The notes below the pieces were generated by a model. The model did not search any database. It was given only the letters and a program-made list of their open reading frames with translations, and was not told the origin of the DNA. Shown piece after piece: positions 39,485 through 48,851 of a DNA stretch of 64,000 bases. Made by a program: the position numbers and the translations under genes. The first letter of the stretch is position 1. Every line of letters starts with the position of its first letter. Source of the DNA: Deltaproteobacteria bacterium (lineage in GTDB: Bacteria > Myxococcota_A > Polyangia > Polyangiales > Houyiibacteriaceae). Location of the stretch: positions 96,001 through 160,000 of the forward strand of contig JAXMNT010000010.1 in NCBI GenBank assembly GCA_034670305.1, written 5' to 3'.

Positions 39485-40123
39485 ATGCGGTTCTACTTCG
39501 ACTACATCTCGCCTTACGCCTACCTCGCCTGGACCCAGATGCGCGGACTCTCGGCGCGCACCGGGGTCGCCGTCGAACCCGTTCCCATCCTGTTCGCGGC
39601 GCTTCTCAACCACTGGGGCCACAAAGGGCCGGCCGAGATCCCGCCGAAACGGCTCTACGTCTTCAAAGACGTCGTGCGCCGCGCTCACGCCTACGGCGTG
39701 CCGCTCCAGCCGCCGCCCAGCCATCCCTTCAACCCGCTGCTCGCCCTTCGTGTCACCGAAGCCGCGCCGGCGGACCGCACGGCAGAAGTCGTCGACACGC
39801 TCTTCGCGCACACCTGGGGCGACGCGCAGCCACGCGGCGTGGATGGGCCCGACACCATGCGCGCGATCCTCGCGCCGCTCGGACTGGAAGCGCTGGTGGA
39901 CGACGCCGGGACCACGCCCATCAAGGACGCGATCCGAGCGCACACCGAAGCGGCGCTCGCGGCGGGTGTCTTTGGCGTTCCGTCCATGGTGGTGGATGAC
40001 GAGGTCTTCTGGGGCACCGACAGCCTGGAACATCTGGAAGCGCATCTGAACGGCGACGACCCCGTCGACGAGGCGCTCCTCGCGCGGTGGCGCGATCTGC
40101 CCGTGGGCCAAGCGCGGCGATGA
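39485..40123 (+). CDS. 2-hydroxychromene-2-carboxylate isomerase / DsbA-like protein
   Basis: '[13 protein letters not shown]', 'HPFNPL' and 'GVFGVPSM...FWG'. Confidence 0.9.
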   Translation: MRFYFDYISPYAYLAWTQMRGLSARTGVAVEPVPILFAALLNHWGHKGPAEIPPKRLYVFKDVVRRAHAYGVPLQPPPSHPFNPLLALRVTEAAPADRTAEVVDTLFAHTWGDAQPRGVDGPDTMRAILAPLGLEALVDDAGTTPIKDAIRAHTEAALAAGVFGVPSMVVDDEVFWGTDSLEHLEAHLNGDDPVDEALLARWRDLPVGQARR

Positions 40124-40146
40124 AGGCGCGCTGCCAGACGCGCGAC

Positions 40147-40218
40147 GGACACACGCTGCGGAACGCTGGGTACGCGCTGCGGCAGACTGGACACCCGCAG
40201 CGGCAGGCTGGGTACGCG
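40147..40218. repeat. Degenerate 21-bp tandem repeat x~3.4
   Basis: GGACACACGCTGCGGAACGCT / GGGTACGCGCTGCGGCAGACT / GGACACCCGCAGCGGCAGGCT. Confidence 0.75.
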
Positions 40219-40226
40219 GGCGCCTC

Positions 40227-40814
40227 GTGTCCCGGCTGACCCTGCTCGTGCTCGTCGCGCTCGGGCTCGACGCCGCGCTCGCGCTCGCCGACCTCGGGAG
40301 CACCCTCGAGGAGTACTCGGTGCTCCAGCAGCTGCAGCGCGCGTCGCTCGAACAAACGCTCGATCTCGGCGCGCGCATGGAATCGATCGCGGAGCGGATC
40401 GTGTTCCTGCGTCGCCTGCGGCTTGGGGCGCTGATCCTCACCGCGGTGGTGTTTCTCACCTGGTGGCAAAAGATCCACACGCTCGCGAGGTCCCAGATGG
40501 AGATGCGCAAAGGCATGGGTACGTTGCTGGAGTGGTTCGTGCCCATCGCGAACTTGTTTCTGCCGTACCGGCGCGCGCGGGTGCTCAACGATCACTGGAC
40601 GACGTTCGTGTGGTGGGCGTCTTGGCTCTGCGCCGCGCTCTTCGAGCAGCTGGCGTGGCGCGCCGAAACCGGCGTCGACTACGCGGCGATGCTCGACGCC
40701 GATCGGCTGCACGCCGCGTCCGCTGGCGCCGCGTTTGTCGCCGCGGTGGGATGCGCCGCGGTGGTGAAACGTTCCACGACCCGGTTCACGACCGGACGGG
40801 CGCCGCGTCGATGA
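40227..40814 (+). CDS. DUF4328-like membrane protein
   Basis: 'VFLTW' and 'WFVPIANLFLPYR'; multi-TM. Confidence 0.6.
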   Translation: MSRLTLLVLVALGLDAALALADLGSTLEEYSVLQQLQRASLEQTLDLGARMESIAERIVFLRRLRLGALILTAVVFLTWWQKIHTLARSQMEMRKGMGTLLEWFVPIANLFLPYRRARVLNDHWTTFVWWASWLCAALFEQLAWRAETGVDYAAMLDADRLHAASAGAAFVAAVGCAAVVKRSTTRFTTGRAPRR

Positions 40815-42358
40815 AGGCTGTCCGCATCACCTTCGTCACGCTCGCGGCGCTGGCGCTCATCTGGGGGGGCTTGGCGCTCATCGCTTGGCTCAGCGGCGCG
40901 CTCGACGACCGCATCGCCTCGCTCGAACCAGAAGACGATCCTGCGGGCGCGACCGAGGATCCCGCCGTCGGCGCGGAGCCTGGCGACCCCGAGCCGGCGA
41001 TCGATCCGGACCCGACGCCGGGCGATCCTCCGGCGGAAGGCCAGCCGCCCGAACCCGGCCCCGAAAACACCGAACCCGGACTTACAGAACCTGGTGGGCC
41101 CGTGTTGCCTGCGCCCGCCGAACCGGCACCGCCGCCGGCCGTCACGCGCCGGTTCCGGGTGTGTGAGACCCCGACCGACATCGCGCACTCGATCGATCCG
41201 TTGGTCACCTTCGGGCAGCTCAGGCCCGGCGGCTTGCCGGAAGCCGTCGTCGCGTGCGCGGACCGTTTTGTCGTCGTGACCTTCCAGCGCCGCGGCGACG
41301 AAGTGCACGCCGCGGTGATCGCCGAAGCGAGCCAGACCTCGACCCGCAACATCCCCAAACACACCGGCCGAGCCGCCATCGGCGACGTGACCGGCGACGG
41401 CCGCGCCGACATCGTCTTGCCGTTCTTCTTCCGCGCGAGCGGGGGCGGCTCCCGCGGTGGGCGTCTCGCGCTTTGGTCCGGCCGAGAAGACGGAACGTTC
41501 GGACCGCTCCGCGCGTTGCCGCAGCACACCTACCTCGCGGCCACGTTGTTCGAAGCCGACGGCCGACCGGGGCTCGAGATCTTCGCGCTCGATCGCGGTC
41601 GCCCGTGGGCCGACGAGGGCGGTGCGGTGCGCGTGCTCCGCGGCGGGCGGTCGCCCTCGCAGATCGCCCAGGCCAGCGCGTCGAAGTGGCCGGGGCCACC
41701 GGCGCTGCTCGACCTGGATCTCGACGGGCAACTCGACGCCGCGATCCCTGGCGAAGACGCGCTGCACTTGCACCAGAACGTCGCCAGCCGACGTTCGACC
41801 CGCACCGAACGAGCCGGTCATTGCCGCCAGGCCTACGCCGCCGACCTTGACGAAGACGGCCATCCGGACCTCGTCGTCTCCACCCACCATGGGCTCGAGT
41901 ACGTGCTCGCCCGGGTGGGACTGAGCTTCGATGGGCTGGCGTTCGAGAGCCTCGTGCGGACCGACGACATCCTGAACGTTGCGGGCCACCTCGACCAAGA
42001 CGGAGACGGGACCCGCGAGCTGATGGTGGTACGGGACCAGCGAGAAGGACGGGGCGGTCGCTGGTCCAAGGGCATCACGTTTCTCGATCGGGCGGGCAGC
42101 GGCTCGGATGCCACCTGGACCGTGCGCAACGGCTACTGGTTCTTCGGCCACGACGTCGACGAATCGGTGCACCTCGAAGACGAGGTCCTGATGGCGGCCG
42201 TCCGGCGCGGCGCGTTCGTGGATCTCACGGTCGTGATCCACCCGCGCTGGGGCGACGACCCTGATCCGTCCAACACCCTCTTCGACTCGGATGCACAGCC
42301 CGAAGGACTGATCACGCTCACCGTGCCGCCGGAAGCCACCCGGACGTCGGTGCGCTAG
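40811..42358 (+). CDS. FG-GAP/VCBS repeat membrane-anchored protein
   Basis: 'GDVTGDGRADI', 'DLDLDGQLD', 'ADLDEDGHPDL' and 'DQDGDGTRE'. Confidence 0.8.
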   Translation: MKAVRITFVTLAALALIWGGLALIAWLSGALDDRIASLEPEDDPAGATEDPAVGAEPGDPEPAIDPDPTPGDPPAEGQPPEPGPENTEPGLTEPGGPVLPAPAEPAPPPAVTRRFRVCETPTDIAHSIDPLVTFGQLRPGGLPEAVVACADRFVVVTFQRRGDEVHAAVIAEASQTSTRNIPKHTGRAAIGDVTGDGRADIVLPFFFRASGGGSRGGRLALWSGREDGTFGPLRALPQHTYLAATLFEADGRPGLEIFALDRGRPWADEGGAVRVLRGGRSPSQIAQASASKWPGPPALLDLDLDGQLDAAIPGEDALHLHQNVASRRSTRTERAGHCRQAYAADLDEDGHPDLVVSTHHGLEYVLARVGLSFDGLAFESLVRTDDILNVAGHLDQDGDGTRELMVVRDQREGRGGRWSKGITFLDRAGSGSDATWTVRNGYWFFGHDVDESVHLEDEVLMAAVRRGAFVDLTVVIHPRWGDDPDPSNTLFDSDAQPEGLITLTVPPEATRTSVR

Positions 42359-42383
42359 CAGGTCGCTGAAAAGCGACCTGCTC

Positions 42384-42642
42384 CCTTGCCGTTGCCCTTG
42401 CCCGTGCCCTTGCCCGCGTCGTGGACGCCGTGTGTTTCGCGACGGCGAGGCCGCGAATCGGAGCCCGATGCCCAGCGGACGAAGCCGCCGGGCATCGGTC
42501 GGTGCTACGCGGCGCAGCTCCGCAGCCGCGCGACGCGTAGGAGGTCGTCGCGATGCTCGTCGCGCTGATCAAGCGATCTGACCGCTGATCCGCGGGCAAG
42601 GGCAGGGGCAAGGGCAGGGGCAAGGGGCAGGGGCAAGGGGCA
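42384..42642. repeat. Inverted (CCCTTG/CCCGTG)n ... (GGGCAA/GGGCAG)n arms around ~175 bp
   Basis: Read directly; between convergent genes. Confidence 0.8.
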
Positions 42643-42701
42643 GGCTGCGGGCGTTCTTCAGCAGCCTGCTAGCCTCACTCCGGTCCGGTAAGCCCCGTCA
42701 C

Positions 42702-43793
42702 TCAGAGCGGGAGCGGGTGTTCGAGCAGGCGCTCGAGCCCGGCGAGATCGCGGATGTCTTCGGCGCGCTCGGGCAGTGCCCACAACTCGGCGGTGGGTGC
42801 GACCTCGTCGCGGAACACGCGGGCCATCTCGAACGCTGCGTCGTTCCCGTCCGCGACTTCTTCCCGAAGCGCGGCGAGCAACGCGCCGTCCGCGCCCGGA
42901 GGCGTGGCGCCGGAGCCATGGGTCACCGGCGCGCCGTCGAACGCCACGAACGCGCGGTTCATCAAGATGGTGTGCGCGGGCACGAGCCGGTCGGCGAGCT
43001 GCGCGCCGAGGTGGGTCGCGTCTTCCAGGCTGGCCTGGGACGGAGCGGCGACCAGCACGTACGCGGTGGAAGGATCCGCGAGCGTGCGGCGCACCCGATC
43101 GGCGCGCGCTTCGAATCCATCGCGGAGGTGCGAGAGCACGCGCAGAAACTCCACCAGCTCTTGCACGATGTCGTCGCCGGCGAGCCGCCCGAGCAGGCGC
43201 GTCGCGGCGGCGCCCCCGAGACTCGCGAGACGCGCGAAGCTCAATCCGCCCGTGTCGCGCTCCCGATCGAGCAACCAGCGCAGCACGGACTCGTCCAGGA
43301 ACGCGGAGAGCCGCGCGGGTGCGTCGAGGATGTCGAGCGCGCTCCGGGTCGGCGGCGTGTCGAGCACGATGAGGTCGTAGTCTTCGTCGAGCGCGTCGTG
43401 CAGCCGTTCTGCGGCGACGTACGCGTGCGAGCGCGCGAGGGTCCGGGAGAACGCTTGGTAGACGCGGTTGTCGAAGATGGCGTCGCGGGACTCGGCGTCG
43501 GTCAGGCGGGTGATGAGGGCGTCGAAGCTGGCTTTCGTATCCAGCATGGCCGCGTCGAGGTGTTCGGTGACCGAGCTCGCGGCGTCGCGGCTGCGATCGA
43601 GGGTGAGTCCCAGCGCATCCGCCAAGCGCTTGGCCGGGTCGATGGTGAGCACGAGCGTGCGCCGCCCCGCCCCTGCCGCGCGCAGTGCGAGCGCGGCCGC
43701 GGTCGTCGTCTTGCCGACGCCACCGGGACCGACGCACACCACGAGTCGGCGGTCGAGCAGGTCCGAGAACGGGTCCGGCGTCGGATCAGGCAT
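42702..43793 (-). CDS. ArsA/Get3-like ATPase
   Basis: 'GPGGVGKTT', 'LTIDPAKRLADALG' and 'LDTPP'. Confidence 0.9.
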   Translation of the reverse strand: MPDPTPDPFSDLLDRRLVVCVGPGGVGKTTTAAALALRAAGAGRRTLVLTIDPAKRLADALGLTLDRSRDAASSVTEHLDAAMLDTKASFDALITRLTDAESRDAIFDNRVYQAFSRTLARSHAYVAAERLHDALDEDYDLIVLDTPPTRSALDILDAPARLSAFLDESVLRWLLDRERDTGGLSFARLASLGGAAATRLLGRLAGDDIVQELVEFLRVLSHLRDGFEARADRVRRTLADPSTAYVLVAAPSQASLEDATHLGAQLADRLVPAHTILMNRAFVAFDGAPVTHGSGATPPGADGALLAALREEVADGNDAAFEMARVFRDEVAPTAELWALPERAEDIRDLAGLERLLEHPLPL

Positions 43794-44670
43794 CGGCGAA
43801 CATCCGGGCCGAGAGCTCGGCACCCGTCGCGCGGAGCAACGCGTGGTCGGCGCCTGCGTGAAACGCCGGGTTCTCGTCCAGCACCACCATGGGGCGATCG
43901 ATCCGCGCCAACACCTGGGCGACCGCAGCTTCGGCTTGGGTCCGTCGCAGCGCGGCGCGTTCGCCAACCGCCACCTCGACGGGGAAGTCTTCTCGCAGCG
44001 CGTCGTAGTCGACGGCCGGCGCGGGCGCAGGCATGCGGTTGAGCACGATCGATCCGAGACGAACCCGCGGGCCGGCCGAGAGCGCGGCATCGAGCTCGAG
44101 CAGCTCCTGGGCGGGGAGCGGCGCCGGCAACCCCACCAGGTGCAGCACGGTCGACGGATCACGCAGCAGGCTCGTGGTGCGTTCGAGCAACTCCGCGAGT
44201 GGACCGGTCTTCGCCAGCCCCTCGAACACCTGCGGCAAAGACAGGAACATCATCGCGTGCCCGGTCGCGTCGAGGTCGACCAGAATCGGATCGAAGCGGC
44301 CCGATGCACGCAGACGATCGAGTTTGTCGAGGGTCACCACTTCGGTCACCGCGGGGGCCGCGTGCAGAAGCGCCGCGAGGGTGGTCTGCCGCACGATGCG
44401 TCGCGCGAGCGCGCGGATCCGCACCTGGGTCGCGACGTAGTCTTCGATCGCGTCGGTGGCGACCATGTTCATGGCGAACACCCCGTGACCGATGTCGCGT
44501 GGGGTGAAGTCGATGGGCTTCTTCGGCCGGAAGAGCGACTCCATCGTCGCCCGATGACCGAGTTCCACGACCAGCGGCGTCTGGCCTGCGTCGGCGGCCG
44601 CGAGCGCCAACGAGGCCACCACAGTGGACTTGCCGACCCCGCCTTTGCCCGTGAAGAGCCGCAGCGTCAC
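43786..44670 (-). CDS. ArsA/Get3-like ATPase (partner subunit)
   Basis: 'FTGKGGVGKST' and 'VDLDATGH'; overlaps the second ArsA gene. Start uncertain. Confidence 0.85.
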   Translation of the reverse strand: MTLRLFTGKGGVGKSTVVASLALAAADAGQTPLVVELGHRATMESLFRPKKPIDFTPRDIGHGVFAMNMVATDAIEDYVATQVRIRALARRIVRQTTLAALLHAAPAVTEVVTLDKLDRLRASGRFDPILVDLDATGHAMMFLSLPQVFEGLAKTGPLAELLERTTSLLRDPSTVLHLVGLPAPLPAQELLELDAALSAGPRVRLGSIVLNRMPAPAPAVDYDALREDFPVEVAVGERAALRRTQAEAAVAQVLARIDRPMVVLDENPAFHAGADHALLRATGAELSARMFADA

Positions 44671-44682
44671 CACGCACCCCGG

Positions 44683-44754
44683 CTGCACTGGGCGACCTGT
44701 CTGCACTGGGCGACCTGTCTGCACTGGGCGACCCGTGTGCACTGGGCGACCTGT
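44683..44754. repeat. 18-bp tandem repeat x4 (CTGCACTGGGCGACCTGT)
   Basis: Four near-identical copies in the arsA/typA divergent region. Confidence 0.92.
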
Positions 44755-44941
44755 CTGTACCCGTCGACTCGGCTGCGCGCGCCGACCTGGCCTTCGTCCG
44801 GCCGGACGGCGGATGGGCCAAGGTGCACTGCGTCGCGAACAAACACCGCGGGCCTGTAGCAGCCTATCCACCCGAGCACGAGGGACCGCCCACCGCGGCG
44901 CGCATGGCGCCCCTACCGAAGCGTGCTACTTCCCGCCCGCC

Positions 44942-46768
44942 ATGGAGCCCACCCCCAAAGACAAGCTGCGAAACATCGCGATCATTGCCCACGTCGACCA
45001 CGGAAAGACGACGTTGGTGGACGCGATGCTCCGCCAAACCGGCGCTTTCCGCGCGGGGGAAGAGGTGCAGGACCGCGTTCTGGACTCGAACGATCTCGAG
45101 CGCGAGCGCGGCATCACGATCCTGGCGAAGCACGCGTCCGTGCGATGGCAGGACTACAAGATCAACATCATCGACACGCCCGGACACGCCGATTTCGGCG
45201 GGGAAGTCGAACGAACCTTGCGCATGGCCGACGGAGCGCTCTTGCTCGTCGACGCCGCCGAAGGCCCGCTCCCGCAGACCCGCTTCGTGCTCGGCAAGTG
45301 CATCGAGCTCGGCATGCCGGTGGTGGTCGTCGTGAACAAGATCGACCGCAAGGACGCGCGTCCGAACGAAGCGCTCGACGAGGTGTTCGACCTCTTCTGC
45401 GATCTCGGTGCCTCCGACGAACAAGCGGATTTCGCGACGGTCTTCGCGATCGGCAAAGACGGCATCGCACAGCACAAACACGACGTGCCCGGCACGGATC
45501 TCGTGCCGCTCTTCGAAGCGATCGTCGACCGAGTGCCCGCCCCGAAGGAGGATCCGGACGCGCCGCTCCAGTTCCTGGTGCACAACACCATTCACGACGA
45601 CTACGTCGGCAAACTCGCCATCGGCCGCCTCTGGGCCGGCCGCATCGTCGCGCGCCAGAAGGTGACGATGATCGGCGAAGAGAAGTCGAGCGACCACGAG
45701 ATCGGCACGCTCTGGGGCTTCGAGCAGATGGACCGCGTGCGGATCGAGTCGGCCTCCGCTGGCGACATCGTGGCCGTCAGTGGTCTGCCGGACGTCACGA
45801 TCGGCGACACGCTGGCCGACCCCGCGACGGCGGTCCCGCTTCCCCGCATCAAGGTCGAAGAACCGACCATCCAGGTTCAGTTCCGCGTCAACACGTCGCC
45901 GCTCGCTGGGCTCTCCGGCAAGTACGTGACCTCGCGTCACGTGCGCGAGCGTCTCTTCAAAGAAGCCGAGCGCAACATCGCGCTTCGCGTCGAAGAGACG
46001 GACGATCCGGAAGCGTTCCGGGTGCTCGGCCGCGGTGAGTTGATGCTCTCCATCCTCGCCGAGACGATGCGGCGCGAGGGCTACGAGCTCGCGATGGCCA
46101 TGCCCGAAGTGGTCGTCAAAGAAGTCGACGGCAAGAAGTTCGAGCCGTACGAGCGGGTGACCGTCGACGTCGACGAGGCCCACGTGGGCGCCGTCACCCA
46201 GGCGCTCGGCGAGCGCAAAGGCCAGATGGAAGCGATGAACAACCTCGGCTTCGGCCGGGCGCGCATCGAGTACCGGCTTCCGGCGCGTGGGCTGATTGGC
46301 TTCCGCTCCATCTTCCTCACGATGACGCGCGGCAGCGGCCTGTTGAACTCGATGTTCGACGGCTGGGAGCCGTACCTCGGACCGATGCTTCGCCGCACCA
46401 ACGGCGCGCTCGTGTGCGATCGCAAGGGCACGACCACCCCGTACGCGCTCTTTCACCTGCAGCCGCGCGGCGTGCTCTTCGTGACCAACGGCACCGCGGT
46501 CTACGAGGGCATGATCATCGGCGGCCACAACCGACCGAACGACCTCGACGTCAACGCGACGCGCGAGAAGAAGCTCAACAACATCCGCGCGGCTGGCAAA
46601 GACGAGAACGTCATTCTCACCCCGCCGGTCGATCACACCATCGAGTCTGCGCTCGAGTGGATCGACCAGGACGAACTGGTGGAGATCACCCCGGAAGCGA
46701 TCCGCATCCGGAAGAAGGTGCTCGACATCAGCCGCCGTCCCCGCCGCGACGGCAAAAAGAAGAAGTAG
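44942..46768 (+). CDS. typA: Translational GTPase TypA/BipA
   Basis: '[16 protein letters not shown]', '[11 protein letters not shown]', '[14 protein letters not shown]', 'GRGEL' and 'RREGYE'. Confidence 0.97.
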   Translation: MEPTPKDKLRNIAIIAHVDHGKTTLVDAMLRQTGAFRAGEEVQDRVLDSNDLERERGITILAKHASVRWQDYKINIIDTPGHADFGGEVERTLRMADGALLLVDAAEGPLPQTRFVLGKCIELGMPVVVVVNKIDRKDARPNEALDEVFDLFCDLGASDEQADFATVFAIGKDGIAQHKHDVPGTDLVPLFEAIVDRVPAPKEDPDAPLQFLVHNTIHDDYVGKLAIGRLWAGRIVARQKVTMIGEEKSSDHEIGTLWGFEQMDRVRIESASAGDIVAVSGLPDVTIGDTLADPATAVPLPRIKVEEPTIQVQFRVNTSPLAGLSGKYVTSRHVRERLFKEAERNIALRVEETDDPEAFRVLGRGELMLSILAETMRREGYELAMAMPEVVVKEVDGKKFEPYERVTVDVDEAHVGAVTQALGERKGQMEAMNNLGFGRARIEYRLPARGLIGFRSIFLTMTRGSGLLNSMFDGWEPYLGPMLRRTNGALVCDRKGTTTPYALFHLQPRGVLFVTNGTAVYEGMIIGGHNRPNDLDVNATREKKLNNIRAAGKDENVILTPPVDHTIESALEWIDQDELVEITPEAIRIRKKVLDISRRPRRDGKKKK

Positions 46769-46786
46769 GCTTTCTTGCTTTCGTTG

Positions 46787-46915
46787 CGGGCCTGGCTCGC
46801 TTCGCGAGACTGGCGGCCCTAAGTCGCGCCCGTAGCGGGCGTGCTCGTTTCGCTGGACTGGCGGCCTGCGTGCTCGCTTCGCTCGACGGGCGTGGCTCGC
46901 TTCGCTCGGCTGGCG
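46787..46915. repeat. Inverted copy of the 16.5/16.7-kb repeat core plus three degenerate GCTCGYTTCGC units
   Basis: 46787-46833 is the reverse complement of 16712-16758 (3 mismatches in 47 nt). Confidence 0.85.
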
Positions 46916-46921
46916 CCTTAC

Positions 46922-48277
46922 CTACTTCGCGAGGTTCATGTTCACGTAGGCGCTCTCGTCCGTGACCTCGCGGACCAGGTGCGGCTGCAGCCAGGCGGGG
47001 ATCGCGGGCACCGCGTTCGCGTTCGTGAGTTCGACTTCCGCGAGCACCAGATCTCGGTCGAGGAACTCGTCGATCTCCCAGGACCGTTCGCCGACCCGCA
47101 CGGTGTACCGGCGCTTGTGAACCCGCGCGCCCGCGGTCGCAGGCCAGAGCTGCTCGAAGAGCGCTTCGTCGATGTCTTCTTCCACTTCGATGCGCTGGAT
47201 GCCGCGGCCGGCTTTTAGGGTGCGGCGATAGCGCGCGTCGGCGCCTTGGCCGATCTTCCGCAACCGCTCTCGGATCTCTCCGCCCGGTACGTACCCTTGA
47301 ACCAGCTCCTTCACGGGGTGGGTGCGCACTTCGTCGGGCACGCTGCGCAGCAGGTACTTGCGTTCCACTTCGACTTGGCGGGTCTGGTCGAGCCGGCGGG
47401 CGAGCGCTTCGATCTGGTCGGTGAGGTTGGCGAGCGCGAGCGGGGTTCCGAACCGCTCGAGGTAGGTCGCGAACACCGCGCCCGCGTGCTGCGCCGACCG
47501 AAGCTGAATCGCGTCGAGCCCATCGTGCAGACCGTGGCGAAGCCGGTACTCGTCGACGGCGCGCCCAAGGTTCGCCATGTCGTTCAGTGAACCGAGCAGG
47601 TCCTGCAGTTCCTTGAGCCGAGCGACGATCGGCGCGGCGCCGGGTGCGTGTGCACAAATCGGCTCGAGCACGTACCGCAGCCGCTTGCCCTCGATGCGGG
47701 CATCGTGGATGGCCTCCGCATCCGAGGGCGCGTCGATGCGCTCGAGTGCGCACAACAGTTCGGCGAGCTGCCGACGCGCGGTGCCCGCGACCACCGTGCC
47801 GTAGGTGTCTTCGTCGTCGAGGTGGGCGAAGAGCGGCACCGCCATCCAAGAGAGGCCCGTCCGCAGAGCAGGTTCGAGCGCACGGAACTGGCGCACCGCT
47901 TTGTCCGCTTTGGGTTGGGTGCCCTCCGCAAGCGACGCAACGAACGCATCGACCCCCGCTTGCTCCGCCTCCGAGAACGTCTGCCCAGCGATCCAGGCGC
48001 GTTGAACGTCCGCGTCCCGGGCACCACCGGTGCGGCGCTGAACTTTCTGGAGCGCACCCATCACCGAAACGTCGAGCACGTCTTGCAGGTGGCGGGCATG
48101 CAAGCGTCCCAGGGTCCGCAACCGCCGCACCGCGACCCGGAGATCGTGGAGCGCTTCTTCTTCACCGCGCTTGCGGTACCGGCGCGCGGCGCGGCGGCCC
48201 GCTTCGAGTATGGTGAGGGACGCCCGACGGGTGCCTTCGTCGGGGCTACGGTGGAGCAGGTCGTCCGGTAGATCCAT
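46922..48277 (-). CDS. CHAD + CYTH domain protein
   Basis: CHAD 'LHDLRVAVRRLR', 'HDARIEGKRLRY' and 'LQDLLG.LND'; CYTH 'EVERKYL', 'KRRY', 'WEIDEF' and 'AEVE'. Confidence 0.9.
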   Translation of the reverse strand: MDLPDDLLHRSPDEGTRRASLTILEAGRRAARRYRKRGEEEALHDLRVAVRRLRTLGRLHARHLQDVLDVSVMGALQKVQRRTGGARDADVQRAWIAGQTFSEAEQAGVDAFVASLAEGTQPKADKAVRQFRALEPALRTGLSWMAVPLFAHLDDEDTYGTVVAGTARRQLAELLCALERIDAPSDAEAIHDARIEGKRLRYVLEPICAHAPGAAPIVARLKELQDLLGSLNDMANLGRAVDEYRLRHGLHDGLDAIQLRSAQHAGAVFATYLERFGTPLALANLTDQIEALARRLDQTRQVEVERKYLLRSVPDEVRTHPVKELVQGYVPGGEIRERLRKIGQGADARYRRTLKAGRGIQRIEVEEDIDEALFEQLWPATAGARVHKRRYTVRVGERSWEIDEFLDRDLVLAEVELTNANAVPAIPAWLQPHLVREVTDESAYVNMNLAK

Positions 48278-48362
48278 GCCGCAAGTGTGCGTCATGCGGG
48301 CCGCACGACAACTCCGTCGTCTTCGTTGTCACGAAGGCCGAGACTGCTATGGTCGCCGCCGC

Positions 48363-48719
48363 ATGAAGTACGCCGTTCCTCATGATCTCGACCTCCCGAC
48401 CGCACGCAAGGCGGCCGAGAAGGCGTTCGCTTCCTACGCCATTCGTTTCGCCCAGTATCAGCCCAAGGCGAACTGGCCGACCGACACGCACTGCGATGTC
48501 TCGTTCACGGTCAAAGGTCTGAAGCTCGAGGGCACGATCGACCTCGAGCCGAAGGCGATCGACCTGGACCTCGACGTGCCGTTTCTGTTTCGGCCGTTCA
48601 AGTCCCGCGCGCTCGCGAAGATCGAAGAAGAGATCGAGAAGTGGATCCAGAAGGCCAAAGACGGCCGCCTCGACGATCCGCTCGACGCCGTGGCCGAGCC
48701 CGACGACGAGTCGGAGTAG
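48363..48719 (+). CDS. Polyhydroxyalkanoic acid system (PHA_gran_rgn-like) protein
   Basis: 'VPHDL' and 'VPFLFRPFK...IEEEIEKW' pattern. Confidence 0.7.
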   Translation: MKYAVPHDLDLPTARKAAEKAFASYAIRFAQYQPKANWPTDTHCDVSFTVKGLKLEGTIDLEPKAIDLDLDVPFLFRPFKSRALAKIEEEIEKWIQKAKDGRLDDPLDAVAEPDDESE

Positions 48720-48807
48720 TCGGCGCAAGCGCCGAACAGCGACTTGGCAGCCGGCTGGTGGTCGACCAGCTTTGAGCTACCAGGGACCCCGCCCCCGCTG
48801 CACCCAA

Positions 48808-48844
48808 GGGGGCAAGGGCAGGGGCAAGGGCAAGGGCAAGGGGC
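48808..48844. repeat. (GGGCAA/GGGGCA)n G-tract repeat
   Basis: Read directly; between convergent genes. Confidence 0.85.
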
Positions 48845-48851
48845 AGCAGGT

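Noticed and set aside
42702-44670. Arsenic-resistance operon or novel ATPase system
   Set aside because: There is no arsB/C/R; tandem ArsA-like pairs are already known in myxobacteria and actinobacteria.
36220-44754. Mini-CRISPR interpretation of the 18-21-bp arrays (36220, 40147, 44683)
   Set aside because: The units are directly adjacent with no unique spacers.
44671-44871. ArsA starting at 44871 (MDRLLQAR...) with an in-frame insertion like larE
   Set aside because: It uses rare codons (AGG, CTA) and the TAGGCT there looks more like a -10 element; the evidence is too weak.
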